Notes under the pieces: generated by a model
What the model was told of the DNA's origin: nothing
Database searches by the model: none
What the model saw: the letters and a program-made list of their open reading frames with translations, nothing else
Shown here: piece by piece, positions 26,996 to 34,835 of the stretch
How positions within the stretch are numbered: the first letter of the stretch is position 1
How the letters are laid out: the number at the start of each line of letters is the position of its first letter
Assembly: GCA_963634195.1 (NCBI GenBank)
Contig: CAVHBF010000005.1
Location: forward strand, 1 to 43,295
Length of the DNA: 43,295 bases
Direction: 5' to 3'
Source of the DNA: Bacteroides thetaiotaomicron
GTDB taxonomy: Bacteria; Bacteroidota; Bacteroidia; Bacteroidales; Bacteroidaceae
Translations under genes and position numbers: made by a program

Positions 26996-27535
26996 TTATC
27001 TCTGTATCCTGTCTGTGGAAGACCTTGCGGCATCCGCTTGTTTCCCCGGCCCTTTATGCCGCGGTCCTTGGGCTATATTGCTGAGCATCCTGCGCTCGAA
27101 AATCTTCTCGGCAATCTTGATTTTCAACAGTTTTGAAGCACTGACTATGTTGAGGAATCTCTTCCGATACTTTTCTTCCAACTCTACAATGTCTTCCTCG
27201 TTTTCCGCTATAGCATCAAGTATGGCAAGACTCTCAGCATTGCTGAGTTTTTTCCGCCATGCATCCCGCATCATCTTGCCATTCTTGAAACTCAGTTTGC
27301 GTTGCCGGTCTTTCATTTGGTGAAACAGCGGAAAAAACGCATTGGCCTCGGCGCGGGTCAGATCTGCCGTATTTGTAATATACTCCATCTCTTTCTGCCG
27401 GTATTCCTCAGGCGAAAAACGCGGGCGGTTGCCGTTTTCAGGTTCGTCGCCAATGGAATGCGCCGTCGCTCCGGCGGAAACGAGCAAGCAAAATACAACG
27501 AGAAAGAGTTTCTTGGTTAAGTCTCTGCGTATCAT
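26996..27535 (-). CDS. Periplasmic helical protein, tentatively Spy/CpxP-like, third gene of the ECF module
   Basis: The ATG at 27535 gives a signal peptide (LFLVVFCLLVSAGATA). The body is charged and helical. Assignment rests on operon position only; I recognise no catalytic motif. Confidence 0.6.
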   Translation of the reverse strand: MIRRDLTKKLFLVVFCLLVSAGATAHSIGDEPENGNRPRFSPEEYRQKEMEYITNTADLTRAEANAFFPLFHQMKDRQRKLSFKNGKMMRDAWRKKLSNAESLAILDAIAENEEDIVELEEKYRKRFLNIVSASKLLKIKIAEKIFERRMLSNIAQGPRHKGPGKQADAARSSTDRIQR

Positions 27536-27545
27536 ATGTGTCAAT

Positions 27546-27956
27546 TTATTCAGACCCAGTCAGGCAAGCCACGATGTCATGACTGTCGGTCATCATGTAG
27601 TCGCACGCATCGTTGACATAGGAGTAGATTTCCTCTTCGGAAGCCTCGTCATCCGCACGCACGTTTCCCTCTGACAGCTGTGCCGTCACAGACTTTTCGC
27701 TGAGTATCCTTTGCTGGTATTTGTAGACCCACACTCCAAAATACAGACCGCCGAACATGGCCGCCATGTATATGTAGGGCTTCAGCCTGGCATACGCCTC
27801 TGTTTTCCAGAACCGGACTGTCCGCTTGCCTCCGGCAGGATTATCCCCCTCCAAAACGCGCTGCATGATGCGGCGGTCAAGGCCGTCAAAATAACCCTGC
27901 GGCGTTTTGAACACCCCACGACCGTCTGTTGAATTGTTCAAGTCTGGTATCTTCAT
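27546..27956 (-). CDS. Single-pass membrane protein, putative anti-sigma factor
   Basis: 136 aa with one TM helix (YIYMAAMFGGLYFGVWVY). Lies immediately downstream of the ECF sigma gene. The function is inferred from position. Confidence 0.55.
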   Translation of the reverse strand: MKIPDLNNSTDGRGVFKTPQGYFDGLDRRIMQRVLEGDNPAGGKRTVRFWKTEAYARLKPYIYMAAMFGGLYFGVWVYKYQQRILSEKSVTAQLSEGNVRADDEASEEEIYSYVNDACDYMMTDSHDIVACLTGSE

Positions 27957-27999
27957 ATATCCTGTCCTCTCTCTTTAGACATCAACAGCATCGGAAAGT

Positions 28000-28548
28000 T
28001 TAATCCGCTCCGTTGATTATGTCCTCTATTTTTTTTACGGCTATATGGTAAGAGGCCTTGAGTGCCCCTACCGATGTCCCGAGGATGTCTGCCATTTCCT
28101 CGTATTTCATGTTGTCATAGTATCTCAGGCAAAAGACCTGACGCTGCTTCGGAGGGAGAGTCTGAATCGCCCTCTGCAAGCCTTTCTGTATTTCGTCTCC
28201 ATCAAAATACATGTCGCTCTCAAGCATGTTCTCCAGATTGGCCTCTGCGGAGTCAAGGCTTACCGTTTCGGTGCGGTGCTGCAGGAAAGACAGGCTCTCG
28301 TTGGCGGCAATGCGGTAAAGCCATGTGGAAAGCATCGAGTCGCCCCTGAAAGAGTCGAGTGCGCTCCATGCCTTTATGAACGTGTTTTGCAGCACGTCAT
28401 CGGCATCATCGTGAAACGTGACCACATAACGAATTTGCCAGTAGAGACGCGAGCTGTACTTACCCACAATCTTCTCAAACCCCTTGCTCTTTTCCGCAGG
28501 GTTCTTGATCATTTCTATCAGCTGTCTGTCGCTCGGGTATTGCGCCAT
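28000..28548 (-). CDS. ECF-type RNA polymerase sigma-70 factor
   Basis: Region 2 (DDADDVLQNTFIKAW, STWLYRIAANE) and region 4 (LPPKQRQVFCLRYYDNMKYEEMADILGTSVGALKASYH). 182 aa. Confidence 0.9.
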   Translation of the reverse strand: MAQYPSDRQLIEMIKNPAEKSKGFEKIVGKYSSRLYWQIRYVVTFHDDADDVLQNTFIKAWSALDSFRGDSMLSTWLYRIAANESLSFLQHRTETVSLDSAEANLENMLESDMYFDGDEIQKGLQRAIQTLPPKQRQVFCLRYYDNMKYEEMADILGTSVGALKASYHIAVKKIEDIINGAD

Positions 28549-28648
28549 CTGGACATCGGTTTGCCTGCCGTACGCTCTCCCCGCAAGACGGTTGCAACGC
28601 GAGAGAGAAGTTCTTCCGGCCTTTTCATATTATATTATAAAAACACAA

Positions 28649-28675
28649 GGCAACCAGCCGAAAAGTCTGGTTGCC
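28649..28675 (-). terminator. Intrinsic terminator after the small T9SS-CTD gene
   Basis: GGCAACCAG / CTGGTTGCC perfect 9-bp stem with a 9-nt loop. On the minus strand it is followed by ttgtgttttt. Confidence 0.7.
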
Positions 28676-28719
28676 ATCTCATACTGTCTACCCGCAAAGC
28701 CCGTCTGCCGTGCAGGATG

Positions 28720-29040
28720 TCACGAAATAGTGAGTTTGCGAACAAACTTACCAACTTTCACTACATATATGCCCTTGACGAGCTCCGTGGAAACCAGTTG
28801 GTCCTCGCTCTCTATGACATAAGAAGCCGCCTGTGTTCCGGTGACATAATAAATCTTCATGGTCATTCTCGCTGCTCCCGTCACACGCAGAGTTCTGCCT
28901 GACACGGTAACATTTATCTCCTGCGCCTCCGGGGCGGCAAGAGACACCTGCTGCGATTCTGTCTGCAAAGCCGCCGCAGGAACGGATGCCAACGCCGACA
29001 TTACGACCAAAACCACTATGGATGCAACGATGCGATTCAC
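28720..29040 (-). CDS. Mini-protein: signal peptide plus T9SS (Por) C-terminal sorting domain only, with no cargo domain
   Basis: GTG start at 29040. Signal peptide MNRIVASIVVLVVMSALASVPAAA. The remainder, INVTVSGRTLRVTG...MKIYYVTGTQAAS...LVKGIYVVKVGKFVRKLTIS, fits the Por secretion tail pattern. It has its own -7 box and its own terminator. Confidence 0.65.
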   Translation of the reverse strand: MNRIVASIVVLVVMSALASVPAAALQTESQQVSLAAPEAQEINVTVSGRTLRVTGAARMTMKIYYVTGTQAASYVIESEDQLVSTELVKGIYVVKVGKFVRKLTIS

Positions 29041-29063
29041 TGTCTCCAGAATTATTCTCCCTG

Positions 29064-29071
29064 CAAAAATA
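29064..29071 (-). promoter_or_regulatory. -7 promoter box TATTTTTG (minus strand) upstream of the CTD mini-gene
   Basis: The minus strand reads cTTATTTTTGcagg, 24 nt upstream of the GTG at 29040. Confidence 0.4.
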
Positions 29072-29140
29072 AGAACCTTTTTTTACTGCACCAAATTTTG
29101 GACACGTTTTTTGCCGCGAACTCACTCTTTTTGCATTTCT

Positions 29141-30139
29141 TCACTTTTTAGGACTGCATCTGCCAATTTTCATCAACGCCAGCCCGATGACAATCCAGAT
29201 AAGTTCGCGCACTCTGGTTATCAGTCCTACATACACGCCGAACGCACCACTCAGCGACAATGCACTTGCAGAAATGGCGAAACCGCCTTCACGGGCGCCA
29301 AGCTGCATGGGGGAAAAGAAAAAAAGGTTGCCAAACAGCGACGTGAACGCCATAATCAGCACACAGTCAAAAAAACTTACGCTGCTTGTCAATATCCGCA
29401 GGATAAAATAGATTTCCAGCGACGTGAGCACCCGGGAAACAAACTCCAAGAGGAAAGACAGATAGAAAGTCGTCGCATGCTGCGAATGCAGTTCCGCTAT
29501 CTGGCTGTCCACACAAACAAGGTATTCTTTCTTACTGTCGTAAAGCCGTCTGAAATATTTGCCAATCCACGGAACGGACGACAGGCCGCGCAACAGCCGC
29601 ACCACCATTCCGTGCCTGTAACCCCAAACAAAGAAGTACACCGCAATCAGGCAAAACACGGAAACAACACCAAGAAAAAGACACATCGACACCCCCGGCG
29701 TATACATTATTACATACAGGACAACCGATGACAGCCAAAAACATACGTGGCTGAAGATGTGCATCATGACATAGAGTATCACGCTGCTCACCGCCCTGTC
29801 GCTCCCTATCTGTGGACTCAGTTCCATGATGCGGTAAGGTTCGCCGCCCATCAGTCCGCATGGGGTGGCATAATTGAGAGCGAAGCCAGAAACGGTCAGT
29901 TTGTAGACTTTGCCGAAGCTTACGGATGCACGGCTTCCCCCGCCGCGGATTATCATATACCAACTTGCAGCGTTCAGCAAGTATATCAGCAACCACACCC
30001 CCACGACAAACGGAAACCACCCCCCTGCCCTGCGGATATGCGCCCACAGTTCGGTACAGTCAACGTCAAATGTCAGCAGCATCACCGCAACCGCAGCGAT
30101 TCCCGCAAAGAAAAACACGTTGTTCCACAATTTGCTCAT
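29141..30139 (-). CDS. Polytopic membrane protein, lysylphosphatidylglycerol-synthase-TM / flippase-like (UPF0104) family
   Basis: 332 aa with about 8 hydrophobic helices. The opening FFFAGIAAVAVMLL...LLIYLLNAASW and overall layout resemble UPF0104/AglD2-like proteins. Family call made by eye only. Confidence 0.65.
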   Translation of the reverse strand: MSKLWNNVFFFAGIAAVAVMLLTFDVDCTELWAHIRRAGGWFPFVVGVWLLIYLLNAASWYMIIRGGGSRASVSFGKVYKLTVSGFALNYATPCGLMGGEPYRIMELSPQIGSDRAVSSVILYVMMHIFSHVCFWLSSVVLYVIMYTPGVSMCLFLGVVSVFCLIAVYFFVWGYRHGMVVRLLRGLSSVPWIGKYFRRLYDSKKEYLVCVDSQIAELHSQHATTFYLSFLLEFVSRVLTSLEIYFILRILTSSVSFFDCVLIMAFTSLFGNLFFFSPMQLGAREGGFAISASALSLSGAFGVYVGLITRVRELIWIVIGLALMKIGRCSPKK

Positions 30140-30157
30140 AGGAACGGCCCTTTTATG

Positions 30158-31072
30158 CTATACGTTGACCACCAGTCCCTCTTCTGCGGCAATGGTGGAA
30201 GGGAAAACCCTGCACGCCTGACTGACAAGTTCCGACACATCGTCCACTGTGGCAGAATAGTGACCTATCATCAACCTCTTGACACCGGCGAGTTTGGCTA
30301 CGGCGGCCGCCTGGCCTGCCGTAGAATGTCCGCGAATACCCGCTTTCACTTCCGAGCCGTCAGGATATGTCGCTTCGTGATAGAGAAGATCCACCCCCCT
30401 GACCATATCTGCCAAACCCGGCAGATAAGAAGTGTCCGAGCAATAGGCATATGACCGCGGCGATGCCGCCGGCGTGACAAGGCGCGCGTTGGGGACAACC
30501 GTACCGTCATCGCATATCCAGTCCTTGCCCGCCTTTATGTCGGGCAAACGACAAACAGGGATGTTGTAGAAGTCTGTCATCTCCCTGTTGATATGTGGCA
30601 GCGAAGGTTTTTCCTTGAACAGGAAACCGCAGCACGCCGCCGTATGCTTCAGAGGCAGCGACCACACCTCCATGGTGCGGTCCTCGTAGACAAGGGCATT
30701 CCTGGACGTGTCTACCGTGTGGTACACCACTTCGTATCCAAGCTTGTGGCAGAACAGATTGACCTGCGCACGGAGCACTCCCTCCAGACCCTCGGGGGAA
30801 TACACATGAAAATTCTTTGTGCGCCCCAGCAAGCCGAAAGTTGCTATCAGACCGGCCAAGCCAAGACAATGGTCGCCATGCAAATGAGATATGAATACGT
30901 TACGCAAAGCCATGAACTTGACTCTCCTCGCCCGCATCTGCAGTTGGGTGCCTTCGCCGCAGTCCACAAGCGACAGTTTGTCGCGCATGTTGACCACCTG
31001 GGCCGACGGGTTGTGCCTCAATGTCGGAGTGGCACTGCCGCATCCCAATACCGTTACCTCGAATTTTTCCAC
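30158..31072 (-). CDS. rnz: Ribonuclease Z (tRNA 3-prime endonuclease)
   Basis: GTG start. LGCGSATPT, the metallo-beta-lactamase motif HLHGDH, and a C-terminal GHYS. 304 aa. Confidence 0.92.
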   Translation of the reverse strand: MEKFEVTVLGCGSATPTLRHNPSAQVVNMRDKLSLVDCGEGTQLQMRARRVKFMALRNVFISHLHGDHCLGLAGLIATFGLLGRTKNFHVYSPEGLEGVLRAQVNLFCHKLGYEVVYHTVDTSRNALVYEDRTMEVWSLPLKHTAACCGFLFKEKPSLPHINREMTDFYNIPVCRLPDIKAGKDWICDDGTVVPNARLVTPAASPRSYAYCSDTSYLPGLADMVRGVDLLYHEATYPDGSEVKAGIRGHSTAGQAAAVAKLAGVKRLMIGHYSATVDDVSELVSQACRVFPSTIAAEEGLVVNV

Positions 31073-31153
31073 TGTTCCTTGTTTTTAGGGGCTTCCCGCC
31101 ACCGTGTCAGAGGGACACGCAGCCCGACCACAATACGGACACTTTCCCACCAG

Positions 31154-31209
31154 TAAAAAAAGAGGGGAGGAACTTCGCCCAATCTGCCTACGGGCAAGTC
31201 CTCCCCCCT
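31154..31209 (-). terminator. Intrinsic terminator after rpsA
   Basis: The minus strand reads GGGGGGAGGACTTGCCC-loop-GGGCGAAGTTCCTCCCCTC followed by TTTTTTT. The long stem is imperfect. Confidence 0.7.
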
Positions 31210-31261
31210 GTGTAACTAATGCTTTAACCGCATTCCAGCCGTGCTGACACAACAGCCGGGA

Positions 31262-33046
31262 TTACTCCGCGCTACTCTGCTCCGCAAGCTTTGCCTTGAG
31301 TTCCGCGAGGGCATCATTGTCAGCAAGCGAAGTGGCTGCAGTCTGGTTCTGTATCTCAGGAGTGTCGTTGTTCGGTTTGCGCTGGGCTGATGCCTTGCGC
31401 TGCTCTGCACGCTGTTCATCCTCAAATACACGGCTGTGCGAGAGGATGATCCTGCGTGTCACCTTGTTGAACTCAAGCACCTTGAACGGCAACTTCTCGT
31501 TGAGCTGTGCCTTGGTCTTGTCTTCCTTGATGAGATGCTTGGGGGTGGCGAAACCGTCAATGCCGTATTCAAGCTGAATGACATCGCCGTTGTCGTGCTC
31601 CTCTATTATGGTTCCCTCATGGATTGAACCTACGGTGAATACCGTCTCAAACACATCCCACGGATTTTCTTCCGTCTGCTTGTGGCCGAGGCTGAGGCGG
31701 CGGCTTTCCTTGTCTATCTCAAGTACCACCACTTCTATGTCGGCACCAATCTGAGTAACCTCTGACGGGTGCTTCACTTTCTTTGTCCAGGAGAGGTCAG
31801 AGATATGGATAAGACCGTCCACTCCCTCTTCCAGTTCCACAAACACACCGAAGTTGGTGAAATTGCGAACCTTGGCAACATGCTTGCTCCCTACCGGGTA
31901 GTTCTCCTCAATATTCTGCCATGGATCCGGCTTGAGCTGCTTGATACCGAGCGACATCTTGCGTTCCGTGCGGTCAAGGGTGAGGATTACGGCCTCTACC
32001 TCATCTCCCACTTTCATGAAATCCTGTGCGGAACGGAGATGCAGACTCCAGCTCATTTCACTCACGTGGATAAGACCCTCCACGCTCGGGGCAACTTCTA
32101 CGAATGCGCCGTAGTCAGTCATGACTACCACCTTGCCCTTAATCTTGTCGCCGACCTTGAGATTCGGGTCAAGAGCATCCCATGGATGGGGAGTAAGCTG
32201 CTTGAGACCAAGAGCGATTCTCTGCTTTTCCTGATCGAAATCAAGGATAACGACATTGATTTTCTGGTCAAGTTCCACAATATCCTTGGGATCGCTGACA
32301 CGCCCCCAAGAGAGATCCGTGATATGAATGAGTCCGTCAACGCCACCAAGGTCAACGAATACACCGTAAGAGGTAATATTCTTGACAGTGCCCTCAAGCA
32401 CCTGACCCTTCTCGAGCTTGGAGATGATTTCCTTCTTCTGTGCCTCAAGCTCTGCCTCGACAAGAGCCTTGTGGCTAACCACAACATTCTTGTACTCCTG
32501 GTTAATCTTGATGACTAGGAACTCCATCGTCTTCTCCACGAACACATCGTAGTCGCGGATAGGCCTTACATCAATCTGGCTGCCCGGAAGGAACGCCTCA
32601 ATGCCGAACACGTCGACAATCATGCCGCCCTTGGTGCGGGCCTTGACAAAGCCCTTGACAATTTCCTTGGACTCAAGTGCCTGATTGACACGATCCCAAC
32701 CTTGTTTTGCACGGGCTTTCTTGTGGGAAAGCACAAGCTGGCCCTTCTTGTCTTCTTCTTTTTCGATGTACACTTCCACCTTGTCTCCAACCTTAAGGTC
32801 TGGATTGTAGCGGAACTCGTTGGCAGAAATTATACCATCCGATTTGTAGCCTATGTCAACAAGCACCTCGCGCTTGTTGATTGAGATCACGGTACCTTCA
32901 ACCACCTCGTGGTTGCTGACCTGGCTGAGGGTCTTGCCGTAGGCTTCTTCAGTCTCTTTCTTGTCAGCCTCTGTCACTGCCGCTCCGTCCGAATACGAAT
33001 CCCAGTCGAAACCGTCCAGCGGCATTACGTCTTTTAAGTTGTTCAT
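31262..33046 (-). CDS. rpsA: 30S ribosomal protein S1
   Basis: 594 aa with six S1 (OB-fold) repeats (G.V..I...G.FV.L....GL.H.S). Confidence 0.97.
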   Translation of the reverse strand: MNNLKDVMPLDGFDWDSYSDGAAVTEADKKETEEAYGKTLSQVSNHEVVEGTVISINKREVLVDIGYKSDGIISANEFRYNPDLKVGDKVEVYIEKEEDKKGQLVLSHKKARAKQGWDRVNQALESKEIVKGFVKARTKGGMIVDVFGIEAFLPGSQIDVRPIRDYDVFVEKTMEFLVIKINQEYKNVVVSHKALVEAELEAQKKEIISKLEKGQVLEGTVKNITSYGVFVDLGGVDGLIHITDLSWGRVSDPKDIVELDQKINVVILDFDQEKQRIALGLKQLTPHPWDALDPNLKVGDKIKGKVVVMTDYGAFVEVAPSVEGLIHVSEMSWSLHLRSAQDFMKVGDEVEAVILTLDRTERKMSLGIKQLKPDPWQNIEENYPVGSKHVAKVRNFTNFGVFVELEEGVDGLIHISDLSWTKKVKHPSEVTQIGADIEVVVLEIDKESRRLSLGHKQTEENPWDVFETVFTVGSIHEGTIIEEHDNGDVIQLEYGIDGFATPKHLIKEDKTKAQLNEKLPFKVLEFNKVTRRIILSHSRVFEDEQRAEQRKASAQRKPNNDTPEIQNQTAATSLADNDALAELKAKLAEQSSAE

Positions 33047-33109
33047 TAAAAAAACAGTTAAATTGATAAATTAGACATTATGTTGTTCTGTCGTGCAAAA
33101 AATCGGCTG

Positions 33110-33117
33110 CAAAGTTA
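33110..33117 (-). promoter_or_regulatory. -7 promoter box TAACTTTG (minus strand) upstream of rpsA
   Basis: The minus strand reads cgTAACTTTGcagcc, 64 nt upstream of the ATG at 33046. Confidence 0.45.
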
Positions 33118-33197
33118 CGTAATTATTCTCATAACACAGTGTTTCGCAGGGCTTTTTCTTGGCTTCGCAAAAGATTTTCCAACCATGTGCGGCATTC

Positions 33198-33890
33198 CTA
33201 TTTCAGACTGGATATCTTGAATATGTTGTAGGATATGTTGTTGTCATACACATCCTCACCCTCATGCTTCTTCGTAGCCCTCACGACACGGATGGTAACC
33301 GGCAACACGATAATTTCGTACACTGTCTTCAAAATGACCTGCCAAAGCATCAGCCACGGCAACTCGGATGCCGGTACGACTCCGCCGAAAGCCAACGGAA
33401 AGAAAATGATACTGTCGCAACTCTCCCCTGCCACGGAACTGAGAATGGCCCGGACAGAAAAGCGTTTGCCGCCGTCACGTATTTTCATCACGCTCATCAC
33501 ATAGGCATTGGCAAATGATCCCACTATGAAAGCTGCGAACGAAGCGGCGGCAATACGCGGTGCCAAACCGAAAATGGCATGAAACCCGGCATCATGACTC
33601 CAATAAGGAGCGGGCGGGAGAGCATCGCACACGACACCCACAGCCACAAAGAAAAAGTTCATTGCAAACCCCGTCCATATCAGCAGGCGGGCCTTGCTGT
33701 AACCCCAGACTTCACATACTACATCGTTGATGATATAGCTGACCGGAAACACGATAAGCCCGCCTGTCAAAGAGAACGAGCCAATGGCGATTTGCTTTGT
33801 TTCCAGCACGTTTGACGCAATAAGACAAACGCAGAAAAGTATGCTGAACAACATAAACAGCACACTCACTTGAGTTGTTTTCCTTTCCAT
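33198..33890 (-). CDS. yhhQ: Queuosine-precursor transporter, YhhQ / VUT (COG1738) family
   Basis: 230 aa polytopic protein. N-terminal motif ASNVLETKQI..G....GG.IVFPVSYIINDVVCEVWGY is typical of YhhQ. Confidence 0.85.
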   Translation of the reverse strand: MERKTTQVSVLFMLFSILFCVCLIASNVLETKQIAIGSFSLTGGLIVFPVSYIINDVVCEVWGYSKARLLIWTGFAMNFFFVAVGVVCDALPPAPYWSHDAGFHAIFGLAPRIAAASFAAFIVGSFANAYVMSVMKIRDGGKRFSVRAILSSVAGESCDSIIFFPLAFGGVVPASELPWLMLWQVILKTVYEIIVLPVTIRVVRATKKHEGEDVYDNNISYNIFKISSLK

Positions 33891-33894
33891 TCTT

Positions 33895-33925
33895 CTTGTT
33901 TTTTACGAGGTTTGTCAAGCACTCG
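33895..33925 (-). promoter_or_regulatory. Candidate class I preQ1 riboswitch (H-type pseudoknot) abutting the yhhQ start codon
   Basis: Minus-strand RNA: CGAG-UG-CUUG-ACAAA-C-CUCG-UAAAAAA-CAAG, then AAGA-AUG. P1 is CGAG/CUCG and P2 is CUUG/CAAG. Loop lengths, the unpaired C before the P1 3-prime strand and the A-rich tail mirror the B. subtilis and T. tengcongensis preQ1-I aptamers. P1 has only 4 bp. Confidence 0.5.
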
Positions 33926-33989
33926 GTTTGTTGCGGCAACCGCACGGCGGCGACTGGTCGTTTACGCTGGAACGGCAGCAAAGACGTTT

Positions 33990-34505
33990 CTATTCCAATC
34001 TGCCATATTTCATTTCCTTGCCGTCCTTGTCATACTGTTTGCGCTTGCCTGCAGGAGGCTCGGAAAGCGTAATACGCACCAATGCTGTCCTGGCTAACGA
34101 ACGGGCAACATTACGGTCAAAAGCTTCCATGTGATGAGGGAGAAAGCGTTGGCAAATAAGCCTTAGCCCGCGAACCTTCTCGTCGTCATCTGTCACAACT
34201 TCGGCCCTGCCGAATGCAACGGCCGACTTGTACTGCAGGGTGAAACTGCCATCTTCGGGGTCAACGGCAGGCGCACAACGGGTCACTGCGGAAAGACATA
34301 CGTCCGGGTGTGCTTTGACGGCATCCAGTTTCTTTCCCTCCAAGGCGCAGTGGAAATACCAGTGTACGTCATCGCCAGACGCGAGCGACAGGGGCAATCC
34401 GTATGCCCTGCCTTCTGCATCAATGAAACTTACGGTAATATACGGGGCCGCGTGCATCAGTTCCAATGCCCATTGGCTATCCATGGCCCTTGACTCTTTT
34501 CTCAT
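33990..34505 (-). CDS. Pyridoxamine 5-prime-phosphate oxidase-fold protein, Nim (5-nitroimidazole reductase-like) family
   Basis: The internal ATG at 34505 gives MRKESRAMDSQWALELM..., which resembles the Nim opening (M.REMRRK.Q). Split-barrel pattern GRAYGLPLS...HWYFHCALEGKK. About 171 aa. Confidence 0.7.
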   Translation of the reverse strand: MRKESRAMDSQWALELMHAAPYITVSFIDAEGRAYGLPLSLASGDDVHWYFHCALEGKKLDAVKAHPDVCLSAVTRCAPAVDPEDGSFTLQYKSAVAFGRAEVVTDDDEKVRGLRLICQRFLPHHMEAFDRNVARSLARTALVRITLSEPPAGKRKQYDKDGKEMKYGRLE

Positions 34506-34567
34506 TTCCTGTTTCGTTTCTTTTTCTTTTCCGTACCCGCACGCAGATACACTTGCCAAGATGGCTG

Positions 34568-34575
34568 CAAAGTTA
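34568..34575 (-). promoter_or_regulatory. -7 promoter box TAACTTTG (minus strand) upstream of the nim-like gene
   Basis: The minus strand reads gcTAACTTTGcagcc, 63 nt upstream of the ATG at 34505. Confidence 0.4.
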
Positions 34576-34747
34576 GCATTGTTCATTGAGAACCGTAAAC
34601 AAATTCGCCATTATTTGGAGAAGAAGCCAATGGTTTGTTGTCCTGCCCAGTACCCGTCCGTCCGTGAACAGGCGGAGCTAAGGACGCGGCAAGAAACAGA
34701 CGGCTAAATAAAATCCGGGCAGCGAATGCTTTGTGGTGCAAAAAGAC

Positions 34748-34755
34748 TATCTTTG
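34748..34755 (+). promoter_or_regulatory. -7 promoter box TATCTTTG, with TTTG at 34730-34733, upstream of purT
   Basis: Matches TAnnTTTG, 81 nt upstream of the ATG at 34836. Confidence 0.4.
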
Positions 34756-34835
34756 CACAAGGAATCGATCCTGTAGCAGAATGGCTCTCTGCACACGCAC
34801 CCTGCACATACACAAACACACAACAACGACATAAC

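Noticed and set aside
34576-34835. Possible purine or ZTP riboswitch in the nim/purT divergent region.
   Set aside because: No ZTP (pfl) pseudoknot core or purine three-way-junction consensus is visible. The region is explained by two divergent TAnnTTTG promoters.
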